Below are positions 8,641 through 17,956 of a stretch of 64,000 bases of DNA, piece by piece. This DNA comes from Acidimicrobiales bacterium (GTDB lineage Bacteria > Actinomycetota > Acidimicrobiia > Acidimicrobiales > JACCXE01). Made by a program: the position numbers and the translations under genes. Each line of letters starts with the position of its first letter. The stretch's first letter is position 1. The notes beneath the pieces were generated by a model. The model saw nothing but the letters and a program-made list of their open reading frames with translations. It was not told where the DNA came from and did not search any database. The stretch is from assembly GCA_035546775.1 (NCBI GenBank), contig DASZWD010000030.1:207526-271525 (forward strand), read 5' to 3'.

Positions 8641-9023
8641 CCCACCTCCTCTTGTTGCGGGATCAGTCCGAGAAAGCTCAACTTGTCCACCAGCGCGTCG
8701 GCGGTGAACGGTTTGATCAGGTACTCGTGGGCACCGGCGGCCAGCGCCCGCACGATCTGCGACTGCTCGGATTCAGTCGTGACCATCACCAGCGTGACGT
8801 TGCGCAGCTCGGGGTTGTTGCGCACCGCCGAGATGAACGACAGCCCGTCCATCACTGGCATGTTCCAGTCGACGAGGGCGACGTCGGGAACGTCGCCGCC
8901 TTCGATGGCGTCGAGCGCTTGCGCCCCGTCGCCCGCCTCGGACACTTCGAAGCCCAGCGGCGTCACGATGCGTCGCAGCATCGAGCGCATGGTGCGCGAG
9001 TCGTCCACCAACAAAGCCTTCAT
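8634..9023 (-). CDS. cheY: chemotaxis response regulator CheY (second copy)
   Basis: 129 aa from the internal ATG. MKALLVDDS, DWNMPVMDG, KPF. Confidence 0.9.
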   Translation of the reverse strand: MKALLVDDSRTMRSMLRRIVTPLGFEVSEAGDGAQALDAIEGGDVPDVALVDWNMPVMDGLSFISAVRNNPELRNVTLVMVTTESEQSQIVRALAAGAHEYLIKPFTADALVDKLSFLGLIPQQEEVGW

Positions 9024-9850
9024 GAGCCCTCCACGCAGTACGCCACCGCGTTGCCACAACGCGTGGCGGTGTAACCCTCGGCCAGGCCGACGGTTGTCTC
9101 GGATGTGCCAAGGAACAGGTAGCCGCCCTCCGGCAGTCGCTGCCGAATGCGGTCGAGGATGGAACGCCGCACCTCGAGGTCGAAGTAGATCAACACGTTG
9201 CGGCAGAACACGATGTCGAAGGTCGGCAACAACGGCCACGCCTCGGCCAGGTTCATACGGTCGAAGCGGCAGCGGTGCCGGATGCGCTCGTCGAGCACGT
9301 AGTCGGCGCCTTCACGGGAGAAGTAGCGGGCGAGCATGGGTGCCGGCAGCCCGCGGTTGACCTCGAGCGTGGAGTACCGGCCCGAGCGCGCCTTGGCCAG
9401 CACGTCGTTCGACAGGTCCGTGCCGTACAGCTGCACGTTCCACGTCGCCAGTTCGGGAAAGTGGGCGTCGAGCAGCATGGCGATCGAATAGATCTCCTGG
9501 CCCGTCGAGGACGCGGCGCTCCAGATGTTGATCGTCTTGGTGCCGTTGGCCTTGTGCTCGATCAGCTTCGGGATGATGTCGGTCTGCAGCGCGTCGAACG
9601 GATGCCGGTCACGAAAGAACGACGTCTCGTTGGTCGTCATCGCTTCGACGACTTGCTCGCGCACTCGCGGGTCGGCCGACGGCTTGCGCAGCTGACCGAT
9701 GAGTTCGGAGACGTCGGCCATCCCGGCGGCGCGGGCGACGGGTGCGAGCCGCGACTCGACGAGATACTCCTTGCCCTCGGCGATCGAGATCGCCGACTGC
9801 CGCCGCAGGAAGTCGGCGATGAAGGTGAAGTCCTCAGCGGTGACGCTCAT
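9020..9850 (-). CDS. cheR: chemotaxis protein methyltransferase CheR
   Basis: 276 aa from the ATG at 9850 (ATGA overlap with the cheB stop). TNETSFFRD, IWSAASSTGQEIYS, FCRNVLIYF. Confidence 0.92.
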   Translation of the reverse strand: MSVTAEDFTFIADFLRRQSAISIAEGKEYLVESRLAPVARAAGMADVSELIGQLRKPSADPRVREQVVEAMTTNETSFFRDRHPFDALQTDIIPKLIEHKANGTKTINIWSAASSTGQEIYSIAMLLDAHFPELATWNVQLYGTDLSNDVLAKARSGRYSTLEVNRGLPAPMLARYFSREGADYVLDERIRHRCRFDRMNLAEAWPLLPTFDIVFCRNVLIYFDLEVRRSILDRIRQRLPEGGYLFLGTSETTVGLAEGYTATRCGNAVAYCVEGS

Positions 9851-10920
9851 TGGCGCGCCACCTTCCCGGTGATGGTGCGGGCGACCTCGTCGAGCGGCAC
9901 GGCTCGGCCGAGTCGCTCGCGTACGACGTAGCCCGGCATCCCCCACACGACCGAGGTCGCTTCGTCCTGTGCGATCACCTCTCCTCCTGCTTGTGTGATG
10001 TCGCGGGCCCCCAGGAGCCCGTCTTGACCCATGCCCGTCAGCACCACGCCGAGCAGATGCCCGTCGGCGGCGGCGGCGGCGGTACGGAACAACACGTCGA
10101 CGGCGGGCCGGCACGAGTTCTCCGGCGGGTTCTCCGTCAGTTCGAAACTGAAGCCGCTGGCGCCGTAGCGCACGACCTCGAGATGCTTGCCCCCGGGCGC
10201 GATGTAGGCGTGACCCGGGAGCGCCACCTCGCCGTCGACGGCCTCGGTGACGCTGATGTTGCTGAGCCCGTCGAGGCGCTCGGCCAGCATGGCGGTGAAC
10301 ACCGGCGGCATGTGCTGCACGATGACGACGGGTACCCGCAGGTTCTCCGGCAACATCGGCATCACCGTCGCCAGCGCCGCGGGCCCACCGGTCGACACGC
10401 CGACGACGACGAGGCGGAGCGGGCCTGTCTTGGGTTTCGGCGGCGGTGCCGGCGCGGCGGGCACCGCGTCGTCGAGTGGGGGTGAGCGCCGGGCGGACGC
10501 GGTGCCGATGCGCGTCGACGCCCGGCGCTTGCCCCACAACTTCACCAGTGGGAGCAGGTTCTGGCGAACCATCTCGGCCGCGTCGTCGCGGCTGATCGCT
10601 CCCTCCGGTTTGGTGGCGTAGTCGACGGCTCCGAGGGCCAGCGCGTCGAGCGTGGCTTCGGCCCCTCGGGCCGTCAACGTGGAATACATGATCACCGGCA
10701 CCGTCGGGAAGTCCTTGCGGATCTCCGCCAACGTCTCGAGGCCGGTGAGTCCCGGCATCTCGACGTCGAGGGTGATCACGTCAGGGTTCAGTTCGGCGCA
10801 GCGGCGCAACCCGATCCGCCCGTCGGACGCGGTGACGACTTCGATGTCGTCAGCCTCGGCCAGCACGGTGGCCACCGTGCGGCGCACCACGACGGAATCA
10901 TCTACGACGAGGGCGCGCAC
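9847..10920 (-). CDS. cheB: protein-glutamate methylesterase/deamidase CheB (receiver + esterase)
   Basis: 357 aa. Receiver domain VVDDS..DVEMP. Esterase domain GVSTGGP, VQHMP, TGMGQDG. Confidence 0.93.
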   Translation of the reverse strand: MRALVVDDSVVVRRTVATVLAEADDIEVVTASDGRIGLRRCAELNPDVITLDVEMPGLTGLETLAEIRKDFPTVPVIMYSTLTARGAEATLDALALGAVDYATKPEGAISRDDAAEMVRQNLLPLVKLWGKRRASTRIGTASARRSPPLDDAVPAAPAPPPKPKTGPLRLVVVGVSTGGPAALATVMPMLPENLRVPVVIVQHMPPVFTAMLAERLDGLSNISVTEAVDGEVALPGHAYIAPGGKHLEVVRYGASGFSFELTENPPENSCRPAVDVLFRTAAAAADGHLLGVVLTGMGQDGLLGARDITQAGGEVIAQDEATSVVWGMPGYVVRERLGRAVPLDEVARTITGKVARQ

Positions 10921-10962
10921 GGTCAGACCTTTCTCGTGAGGGGACGGGTGGGAGGACGGGGA

Positions 10963-13239
10963 TTAGTAGCGGAACTGACCGACGAGACGCTTGAGCTCGG
11001 TCGCCATCGTCGCCAGAGAACTCGCCGACTGGAGCGACTCCTCGGCCCCACGCTGGGTGGAGGTTGCGGCCTCGGCCACCTCGGCGACGTCCGCCGCGAT
11101 GCCGTTGGCGCCACCGGCGGCCTCGGTCACGCTGCGGGCGATCTCGTTGGTGGTCGCCGTCTGCTCTTCGACCGCCGAGGCGATCGTGGTCTGGATCTCG
11201 TTGATGTTGTCGATGATCGTGCCGATCTCGCCGATCGCGTCGACGGCACCGCGGGTGTCGTTCTGGATCGCTTCGATCTTCTGGCTGATGTCCTCGGTCG
11301 CCCGAGCCGTTTCCTTCGCGAGTTCCTTGACCTCGTTGGCGACGACCGCGAACCCCTTGCCGGCTTCACCGGCACGGGCGGCTTCGATCGTGGCGTTGAG
11401 GGCGAGCAGGTTGGTCTGCTGCGCGATCGACGTGATCACCTTGATGACCTGGCCGATTTCGGCGCTGGACTCGCCGAGGCTGGCGACCGTGCCCTTGGCG
11501 TCGCTCGCCACCTTGACCGCCGTGGTAGCCACGCCCGCCGCACTGTCGGCGTTCTTGGCGATCTCGCGAATGCTGGCCGTCATCTCCTCGGCCGCCGAAG
11601 CGACGGTCTGGATGCTGGCCGACACCTGCACCGACGCCGAACTGGCGCTGGCTGCACGGTCCGACGTCTGGGTGGCGCCGCGGCCCATGTTGCCCGACAC
11701 CGCGGTGAGCTGCTCGGCCGCGGCGGCCAACGCTTCGGCGGTCTCGCCGATGTTGGACATACTCTGGCGCATCGTGTGCAGCAGCGAGCCGAGACCCTCG
11801 GCCAGCTGGCCGATGGCGTCGTCGCCGTGGATGTCGAGGTCACGGGTGAGGTCACCGGCGACCGCCGCGTTCACCACGTCGAGCACGAGGTTGACCTTCT
11901 CCTGCAGTTCCGCCGCCGCGTTGCGCTTGGCCTCTTCCTGCGAGATGCGGTCGAACGCCGACGACACGAGCCGGCCCACGTTGCGCAGGGCGTCGAGGCG
12001 CTGCTGACTCGGGTGCAGCGTCTCCATGGTGAAGAAGTCCATCGTGCCCACGACTTGGCCGGCGACGATGAGCGGGAAGCACACACCCGACTTGACGCCG
12101 ATCTTCTGCGCCACGGGAGCCCGCGAGCAGTCGGTCATTTCGCCGATGTCCTGCGTGAAGAAAAGGTCGCGGTTCTTCCAGGCGCGACCCGACAGGCCGA
12201 CGCCTTCCTTGAACGACGCGCGCAGCGTGACGTCCTTGAACTCCTGCGGGACGTCGCCCGACTCGAGCACCCAGCGCAGTTCCTGGTCCTCGTTGACCTT
12301 CCAGTACGAGCCGTAGGCCCAGCCGAAGGCGTCGCGCACGTTGTCGAGCGCGATCTTGGCGGCCTCGTCGACGTTGACGGCGCTCGCCATCGCCTCGAGT
12401 ACGCGGTTGACCGCAGCCGTGTCGTTGGCCGCCTCACGCTGCGCCGCCTCGAGGGCGAGCTTGTCGGTGATGACTTCCCACGTCGCCATGGCGCCGACGT
12501 AGTTGCCGTCGCTGTCGTGGATCGGCGACACGAGGAGGTCGAGCGTTTCAGGACCGACGGAGATGTTGGCGCGCCGCGGGAGCTGCTTCTCGTCGCTCAG
12601 AATGCCGCGCTGGTAGCTCGGGTTCTTGTGGAAGATGTCGAGGCTCGACCCCACGACCTCGCTCGCCTTCACCGGCAGGTGCTCTTCGAGCCCCGCCAGC
12701 GTCTTGAGCGACGCCGGGTTCATGTAGGTGATCGTGAAGTCGCGGTCGGCGAACATCATGTTGGTCGGCGAGTTCTCCATCATGGAGGTGACTCGCGCCA
12801 CCTGGCGCTCGAGCTCGCGCTTCTCGGTGACGACGTCCCACGTCGCCATGGCGCCGCAGTACTTGCCGTCCTCGTCGTAGATGGCGCACACGTTGAGGTC
12901 GAGCGTTTCCGGGCCGAGCTGGATGTCGGCGCGGCGCGGCAGGTACTTGTCGGGATCCGCCAGCAGACCGCGCTGGTAGCTCGGGTCCTTGTGGAAGATG
13001 TCGAGGCTGGCGCCCACGACGTGCTCGGGGGCGATCGGCAGGTACTCGGCGACCGAGCGCAAGCCTTCGATCGCCGATTTGTTGACGTAGCGGATCGTCA
13101 GGTCTTTGTCGCACAACATCGTGCGCGTCGGCATCTCGTCGAGCACTGAACGGAGCGAAGCGAGATCCTTTCCGCTCTCGAGGTTCGGCGCCTTCGACTT
13201 GGCGTGGCCGTTGGTGGATTGCGGGGCGGTGACAGTCAC
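10963..13239 (-). CDS. soluble methyl-accepting chemotaxis protein: PAS-PAS-GAF-HAMP-MA
   Basis: 758 aa with no hydrophobic TM stretch. Two about 110-aa PAS repeats with DIFHK(D/N)PSYQRG and ATW(D/E)V, a GAF-like segment, and the MCP hairpin core [35 protein letters not shown]. Confidence 0.9.
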   Translation of the reverse strand: MTVTAPQSTNGHAKSKAPNLESGKDLASLRSVLDEMPTRTMLCDKDLTIRYVNKSAIEGLRSVAEYLPIAPEHVVGASLDIFHKDPSYQRGLLADPDKYLPRRADIQLGPETLDLNVCAIYDEDGKYCGAMATWDVVTEKRELERQVARVTSMMENSPTNMMFADRDFTITYMNPASLKTLAGLEEHLPVKASEVVGSSLDIFHKNPSYQRGILSDEKQLPRRANISVGPETLDLLVSPIHDSDGNYVGAMATWEVITDKLALEAAQREAANDTAAVNRVLEAMASAVNVDEAAKIALDNVRDAFGWAYGSYWKVNEDQELRWVLESGDVPQEFKDVTLRASFKEGVGLSGRAWKNRDLFFTQDIGEMTDCSRAPVAQKIGVKSGVCFPLIVAGQVVGTMDFFTMETLHPSQQRLDALRNVGRLVSSAFDRISQEEAKRNAAAELQEKVNLVLDVVNAAVAGDLTRDLDIHGDDAIGQLAEGLGSLLHTMRQSMSNIGETAEALAAAAEQLTAVSGNMGRGATQTSDRAASASSASVQVSASIQTVASAAEEMTASIREIAKNADSAAGVATTAVKVASDAKGTVASLGESSAEIGQVIKVITSIAQQTNLLALNATIEAARAGEAGKGFAVVANEVKELAKETARATEDISQKIEAIQNDTRGAVDAIGEIGTIIDNINEIQTTIASAVEEQTATTNEIARSVTEAAGGANGIAADVAEVAEAATSTQRGAEESLQSASSLATMATELKRLVGQFRY

Positions 13240-13715
13240 GAGTTTCCTCCGGAAATACGCGTGTGAGTGGAGACGTCGGCAGCGAGGTCCGCGTGCAGGA
13301 CAAGCAGGATCGCTTCGGGTCGGGGGATGACTCCCACCAGCACGTCACGGACGGCAGGTGGGACGGTGGCGGGTACCGGCATGACCGCCGCACCCTCGGT
13401 GTCGATGACGTCGCCGATGTCGTCAACCAAGAGGCTGACGACCTCGTCGCGGCTGCGCACGACGACGTTCATCGGGGTTTCGCCTTCGGGTCGCGGTGCG
13501 AGCCCGAGGCGGTGACGCAGGTCGATCGCCGTGACGATCTGCCCACGCAGATTGATAAGACCGGTGATGGCTTCGTGCGCTTGGGGCACGTGCGTCATCT
13601 CGTGGAAGCGCAGGACCTCCTGCACGTCGCAGACGTTGACGCCGAAATACTGGCCGTCGGCCCAGAACGTGCAGTACTGGGTGAGCGCTGTCGGGGTGGC
13701 CGTCGCTGACGTCAT
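13236..13715 (-). CDS. cheW: chemotaxis coupling protein CheW
   Basis: 159 aa. [16 protein letters not shown] is typical of the CheW fold. 4-nt overlaps on both sides. Confidence 0.9.
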   Translation of the reverse strand: MTSATATPTALTQYCTFWADGQYFGVNVCDVQEVLRFHEMTHVPQAHEAITGLINLRGQIVTAIDLRHRLGLAPRPEGETPMNVVVRSRDEVVSLLVDDIGDVIDTEGAAVMPVPATVPPAVRDVLVGVIPRPEAILLVLHADLAADVSTHTRISGGNS

Positions 13716-15925
13716 GCCGCCACCGCCGTTGCCATCGCTACGACCGCTTCGAGGTCGACGAGTTCGGTGACACGGTCCTGGACGACCGCCGAACCGAGAA
13801 CACCCGGCCGGCGCCCCACGTCGTTGGTGACGACGATGGTCTCGACGACGTCGACGACGCGGTCGACCACGATGCCGACCCGCGACGTGCCGTCGTCGTG
13901 CACCACCACCGATACGAGGGGGTTTTCCGACGGCGTGACGTGCACACCGATGGCGTCGGCCAGGTGGACGAGGGGCAGGATGCCTTCGCGGTATTGCACG
14001 ACCTCGTGGGCGCCCGATCGCTCGACGCTGCCTACCGGGAATTCTTCGAGCCGGGACACCTCGGCGAGCGGCAGCGCCGCCCGGCGGTCGTCGCCGACGT
14101 CGAGGATCAGCAGCGCCGAGACGTCGGACGCCGCAGCGCGCGACTCTGCGGCCAGTCCGGCGTCTACGGCGTGCACCCCGCTGTGGTGTGCAAGTCCGGC
14201 GACGTCGAGGATCAACGAGACGCGCCCGTCGCCCATGATCGTTGCGCCGGCGTAGATGTCGATCGACTTGAGTTGCCGTCCCAGCGGCTTGACCACGATC
14301 TCCTGTGTGTCGTGGACGTCGGCGACGGAAAGCCCGAAGCGAATGTCGTCGGACTGCAACACGACGATGGTCTTGGCTTCCCCATCGGCGTCGTCGTCGA
14401 AGCCGAGCGCGCCGGCCATTGACACGAGGGGTAGGAGGTGACCGCGCAGTCGCAGCACCGGCGCGCCCGAGATCGTTTCGATGTTCTGTAGGTCCTGGCC
14501 CTCCATGCGCACGAGCTCGACAAGGTTCGCCTGCGGAATGGCGTAACGCTCACCCCCCTGTTCGACCACCAGCGCCGGGATGATCGCCAGCGTGAGTGGA
14601 ATGCGGACGCGCACCGTGGTGCCGAAGCCGGGCCGGCTCGACACGTCGACGGTGCCGCCGATGCGCTCGATATTCGTGCGTACGACGTCCATCCCGACGC
14701 CGCGCCCCGACACGTTTGTCACCTGCGCGGCCGTCGAGAAACCGGGCCGGAAGATCAGGTTGAGCATCTCGCGGTTGTCCATGCGGGCCAGCGCGTCCTG
14801 GGTGATGTCGCCGCGGCGCACCGCGGCCTGGCCGACGGCGATGGGATCGATGCCCTTGCCGTCGTCGGAGATCTCGACGACGACCTGGCCGCTCTCGTGG
14901 AACGCCCGCAGCGACAGCGTCCCTTCCGGCGGCTTGCCGGCGGCGACGCGGTCGTCGGGCATTTCGATGCCGTGGTCGATGGCGTTGCGCACCAGATGCG
15001 TCAACGGATCCTTGACCGCTTCGAGCACGGATCGGTCGAGTTCGGTCTCGTGACCCTCGAGGTGAAGCTTGACCTTGCGCTGGAGCTGGGCGCCGAGGTC
15101 GCGCACGACGCGGGGCATCTTGGCCCACACGTTTCCGATCGGCTGCATGCGCGTGCGCATCACCGACTCCTGCAGTTCGCTGGCGACGAGGTCGAGGCGC
15201 TGCGACGCCCGGATGAGGTCAGTGTCCTCGGTGTCGTCCGCCTGCTGGAGGATCTGGTTGCGGGTGAGTACCAGTTCGCCGACGAGCCGTACGAGTGTGT
15301 CGAGCAGGTCGATGTCGACGCGCACGGTGCTGTCGGCCACGCTGCGCCGCCCGTCGTCGATGTCGACGGGTTCGGCGGCCTCCGCCACCGGGACGGGTTC
15401 GGGAGTCGGCTCCGAACTCGGCTCGGCTTCGCCGGTCGGGTCGGCCGCGGGCGCCGCGTACGCGGGCTCCGCCTCCGCGGCCTCTCCGACCGCCGATTCG
15501 CTCGTCGCATCCGCATCACTGGCGTCACCGGCAAGACATGCGGTGATGGCAGCGATGACCGGTGCGACGTCGATCGTGTCGTCTTCGTCCGTGCTGGTGC
15601 GCTCGATCGCCGCCAGCAGCGCCCGCACCTGATCGATCATGTGCAGCAGGGCGTCGGCCGTCGCCGGGGTCATCGAGAGATGCCCGTCGCGCAGCTGCGA
15701 CAGCAGGCTCTCGCCCACGTGCGTCAACGCCTCGAGGCGACCAAAGGCCAAGAAGCCACTCGCGCCCTTGATCGTGTGAATCGTGCGAAAGATGCTCGAC
15801 AGCAGCTCACGTGAGCCCGGCTGCTGTTCGAGCGCCACGAGATCCCGATCGAGCTGATCGAGGTTCTCGTACGACTCCACGAGGAACTCTTGAATGATCT
15901 CGTCGTCGTCCGACAACTGCGCCAC
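13712..15925 (-). CDS. cheA: chemotaxis histidine kinase CheA with two C-terminal CheW-like domains
   Basis: Hpt HTIKGASGFL, N-box HLVRNAIDHGIE, G1 DDGKGID, G2 GRGVGMDVV, then two CheW-like segments. Start taken at GTG 15925 just after GGGAG (TTG 15916 is an alternative). The upstream part of the 780-aa ORF has no homology signal. Confidence 0.9.
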   Translation of the reverse strand: MAQLSDDDEIIQEFLVESYENLDQLDRDLVALEQQPGSRELLSSIFRTIHTIKGASGFLAFGRLEALTHVGESLLSQLRDGHLSMTPATADALLHMIDQVRALLAAIERTSTDEDDTIDVAPVIAAITACLAGDASDADATSESAVGEAAEAEPAYAAPAADPTGEAEPSSEPTPEPVPVAEAAEPVDIDDGRRSVADSTVRVDIDLLDTLVRLVGELVLTRNQILQQADDTEDTDLIRASQRLDLVASELQESVMRTRMQPIGNVWAKMPRVVRDLGAQLQRKVKLHLEGHETELDRSVLEAVKDPLTHLVRNAIDHGIEMPDDRVAAGKPPEGTLSLRAFHESGQVVVEISDDGKGIDPIAVGQAAVRRGDITQDALARMDNREMLNLIFRPGFSTAAQVTNVSGRGVGMDVVRTNIERIGGTVDVSSRPGFGTTVRVRIPLTLAIIPALVVEQGGERYAIPQANLVELVRMEGQDLQNIETISGAPVLRLRGHLLPLVSMAGALGFDDDADGEAKTIVVLQSDDIRFGLSVADVHDTQEIVVKPLGRQLKSIDIYAGATIMGDGRVSLILDVAGLAHHSGVHAVDAGLAAESRAAASDVSALLILDVGDDRRAALPLAEVSRLEEFPVGSVERSGAHEVVQYREGILPLVHLADAIGVHVTPSENPLVSVVVHDDGTSRVGIVVDRVVDVVETIVVTNDVGRRPGVLGSAVVQDRVTELVDLEAVVAMATAVAA

Positions 15926-16078
15926 CTCCCGATGTACGGGAAGGCTTTTCGTCCACTTGGGAACCGCAGTTGAGCAATACGCGACCGAGTTGGGAAAGGC
16001 TTTATGACCCTGAGAGAAAGAGCACTCCGGCCCTACGCCGTACGCTGGACCCACGGTCGGTCGCGGCCCACGTTGCTG

Positions 16079-16094
16079 TCCGCCGATCGGCGGA
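16079..16094. other. perfect 16-nt palindrome TCCGCCGATCGGCGGA between the SMP-30 gene stop and the che operon upstream region
   Basis: Read directly. Could be a terminator stem (no U tract) or an operator. Confidence 0.35.
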
Positions 16095-16107
16095 GGCGCA
16101 GCAGGAC

Positions 16108-16944
16108 TTAGGGCAACCCAGCCCGGGGCACTTTGACCTCGGTGCAGAAGATGGCACCCGCGGCTTTTCCGTCAACCTGCTCGGGCATCGAACCGGGCGC
16201 ACACAGTGCGTACAGCGTCGTAGCGTCGGTGCCGCCGAGCATGCAGGCGAACGTGGGCATGGGCGTCACGATCTCGTCGCTGATCTCGCCGCCCTCCTTC
16301 ACCCGCACCAGTCGCGACCCGAGGGCGTCGGCGAACCAGATTGCGCCTGCGGCGTCGAGGCAACAGCCGTCGGGGAACATGTTCGGCGTCTCAGCCCACA
16401 CGCGGCGATCGGTGAGGGATCCGTCGTCGGCGATGCTGAACGCGGTGTAGCGCGCCCCCATCGTCTCGCCCACGATCAGCGTCGAACCGTCCGGCGTGAT
16501 CACCGATCCGTTGGGAAAGCGCAGCTCATCGGCCGCGACCGCCACCGTGCCGTCCGGGGCCACGCGTGCCAGCGCGGCGTGGGCCGGTCGGCCGCCGCCT
16601 TCGAGGTCGAAACCGAAGTTGCCGACGTACGCGGTGCCGTCGGCCGCCACCACCATGTCGTTGCAGTAGGCGGTGGCGATGCCCGAGAGGTCGGCGTGCT
16701 CGGTGAACTCGCCGTCGACGACGCGCCACACCTGTCGCTGGGTCATGGCGACGACCAGCAGCGAACCGTCGGGCATCCAGCCCAGGCCCGACGGGCGGTC
16801 GGGCAGGCCGGCGTGGACGGCGCGGCGCGTGCCCTCGGGCGTGACCGCGTAAATCGTCCGTTGGTAGAAGTCGGAATACCACAGCTCGCCGTCGTGCCAG
16901 CGCGGGCCCTCGCCGAAATCCACACCGTCCACCAGCAGATCCAT
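16108..16944 (-). CDS. SMP-30/gluconolactonase/LRE family beta-propeller protein
   Basis: 278 aa. GEGPRWHDGELWYSD, NDMVVAADG, FPNGSVITPDG, PDGCCLDAAG. Confidence 0.85.
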   Translation of the reverse strand: MDLLVDGVDFGEGPRWHDGELWYSDFYQRTIYAVTPEGTRRAVHAGLPDRPSGLGWMPDGSLLVVAMTQRQVWRVVDGEFTEHADLSGIATAYCNDMVVAADGTAYVGNFGFDLEGGGRPAHAALARVAPDGTVAVAADELRFPNGSVITPDGSTLIVGETMGARYTAFSIADDGSLTDRRVWAETPNMFPDGCCLDAAGAIWFADALGSRLVRVKEGGEISDEIVTPMPTFACMLGGTDATTLYALCAPGSMPEQVDGKAAGAIFCTEVKVPRAGLP

Positions 16945-17181
16945 GCCCGCACCTTAAGTTCCCAAAAAGTTGGGAGTTGGTTGATCCTGCTGTGGCCCGC
17001 GGTGCCGAAGAATGGGCGTGGTCATCGGTACAAATTCGCGGCGGCTGGTCATCGTCGCTGTGACAGCGCTCGTCGCCGCCGGCGCTTCGGCCAGCCCGGC
17101 GGCGGCGGCGTGCCGTGCTGGGTGACACGACTCCTCGCCCGGGAGGGACCCGACTTCCCAAGTAACTGCTCTCCCTGGTGA

Positions 17182-17218
17182 CCAGTTCCATCGGCCTAAC
17201 TTGGGCCGATGGAACTGG
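17182..17218. promoter_or_regulatory. 15-bp perfect inverted repeat (CCAGTTCCATCGGCC-7 nt-GGCCGATGGAACTGG) containing the SDR start codon
   Basis: Read directly. ATG 17209-17211 lies in the right arm. Confidence 0.6.
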
Positions 17219-17949
17219 GTCTCGCCGATCGCGCCGCCATCGTCACCGCGGCGTCGCGCGGTCTGGGCCGCGGTAGCGCGCTCGCGCTCGCGGCCGCTGG
17301 CTGCCACCTCGTCCTCAACGCCCGCGACGCGAACGCGTTGGCGCGCACGGCGGCCGAGTGCCGCGAGCACGGCGTCGACGTGCACGAAGTTGCCGCCGAC
17401 GCCACCGCCGCCGCCACCCCGGCCATGTTGGTGTCCCGTTGCCTGGACGCGTTCGGCCGCGTGGACATCGCGGTCGCCAACGCCGGCGGTCCCCCGCCGG
17501 GCAAGGCGCTCGACGTCGACGACGACATGATCCGCGCCGCCGTCGAGCACAACCTGATCGCGTCGGCGCGTCTCGTGCGCGCCTGCGTGCCGCCGATGAC
17601 GGCGAACGGCTTCGGGCGCATCGTGTGCATCACGTCGATCTCGGTGAAACAGCCCATCAGTGGGCTGTCGCTGTCGAACACGGCGCGCACCGGGCTGTAC
17701 GCCTGGTGCAAGACCGCCGCGACCGACCTCGCCGCTGACCCGTCGACGCGCAACATCACGATCAACCTCGCCTGCCCCGGCCTGCACGACACCGACCGCG
17801 TGCGCCAGCTCTACGGCGACAACGCGCCCGACAACATCGGCGACCCCGAGGACTTCGGCCGCGTCGTCGCCTTCCTGTGCTCGACCTCCGCTCGCTTCAT
17901 CACCGGCCAAGCCGTCCTCGTCGACGGCGGCGCCACCCTGGGCCTGTAG
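17209..17949 (+). CDS. short-chain dehydrogenase/reductase (SDR)
   Basis: 246 aa. TAASRGLG, NAGG, typical SDR length and pattern. Confidence 0.88.
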   Translation: MELGLADRAAIVTAASRGLGRGSALALAAAGCHLVLNARDANALARTAAECREHGVDVHEVAADATAAATPAMLVSRCLDAFGRVDIAVANAGGPPPGKALDVDDDMIRAAVEHNLIASARLVRACVPPMTANGFGRIVCITSISVKQPISGLSLSNTARTGLYAWCKTAATDLAADPSTRNITINLACPGLHDTDRVRQLYGDNAPDNIGDPEDFGRVVAFLCSTSARFITGQAVLVDGGATLGL

Positions 17950-17956
17950 GCAGGTC

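Noticed and set aside
10936-13149. 737-aa plus-strand ORF opposite the MCP gene. Similar antisense ORFs lie at 15970-17181, 16954-17910, 1276-2535, 6613-7695, 27196-28902 and 52070-54112
   Set aside because: All lie antisense to genes with unambiguous family motifs and have low-complexity Arg/Gly/Asp/His composition. They are treated as non-coding shadows.
17012-17125. 37-codon ORF MGVVIGTNSRRLVIVAVTALVAAGASASPAAAACRAG* in the SMP-30/SDR intergenic region, which looks like a signal peptide with nothing attached
   Set aside because: It has no convincing Shine-Dalgarno and is very short, and such ORFs arise by chance in GC-rich DNA. It could be a remnant of a frameshifted secreted-protein gene or a small peptide, but I cannot support it as a feature. 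Proteomics or Ribo-seq would be needed.
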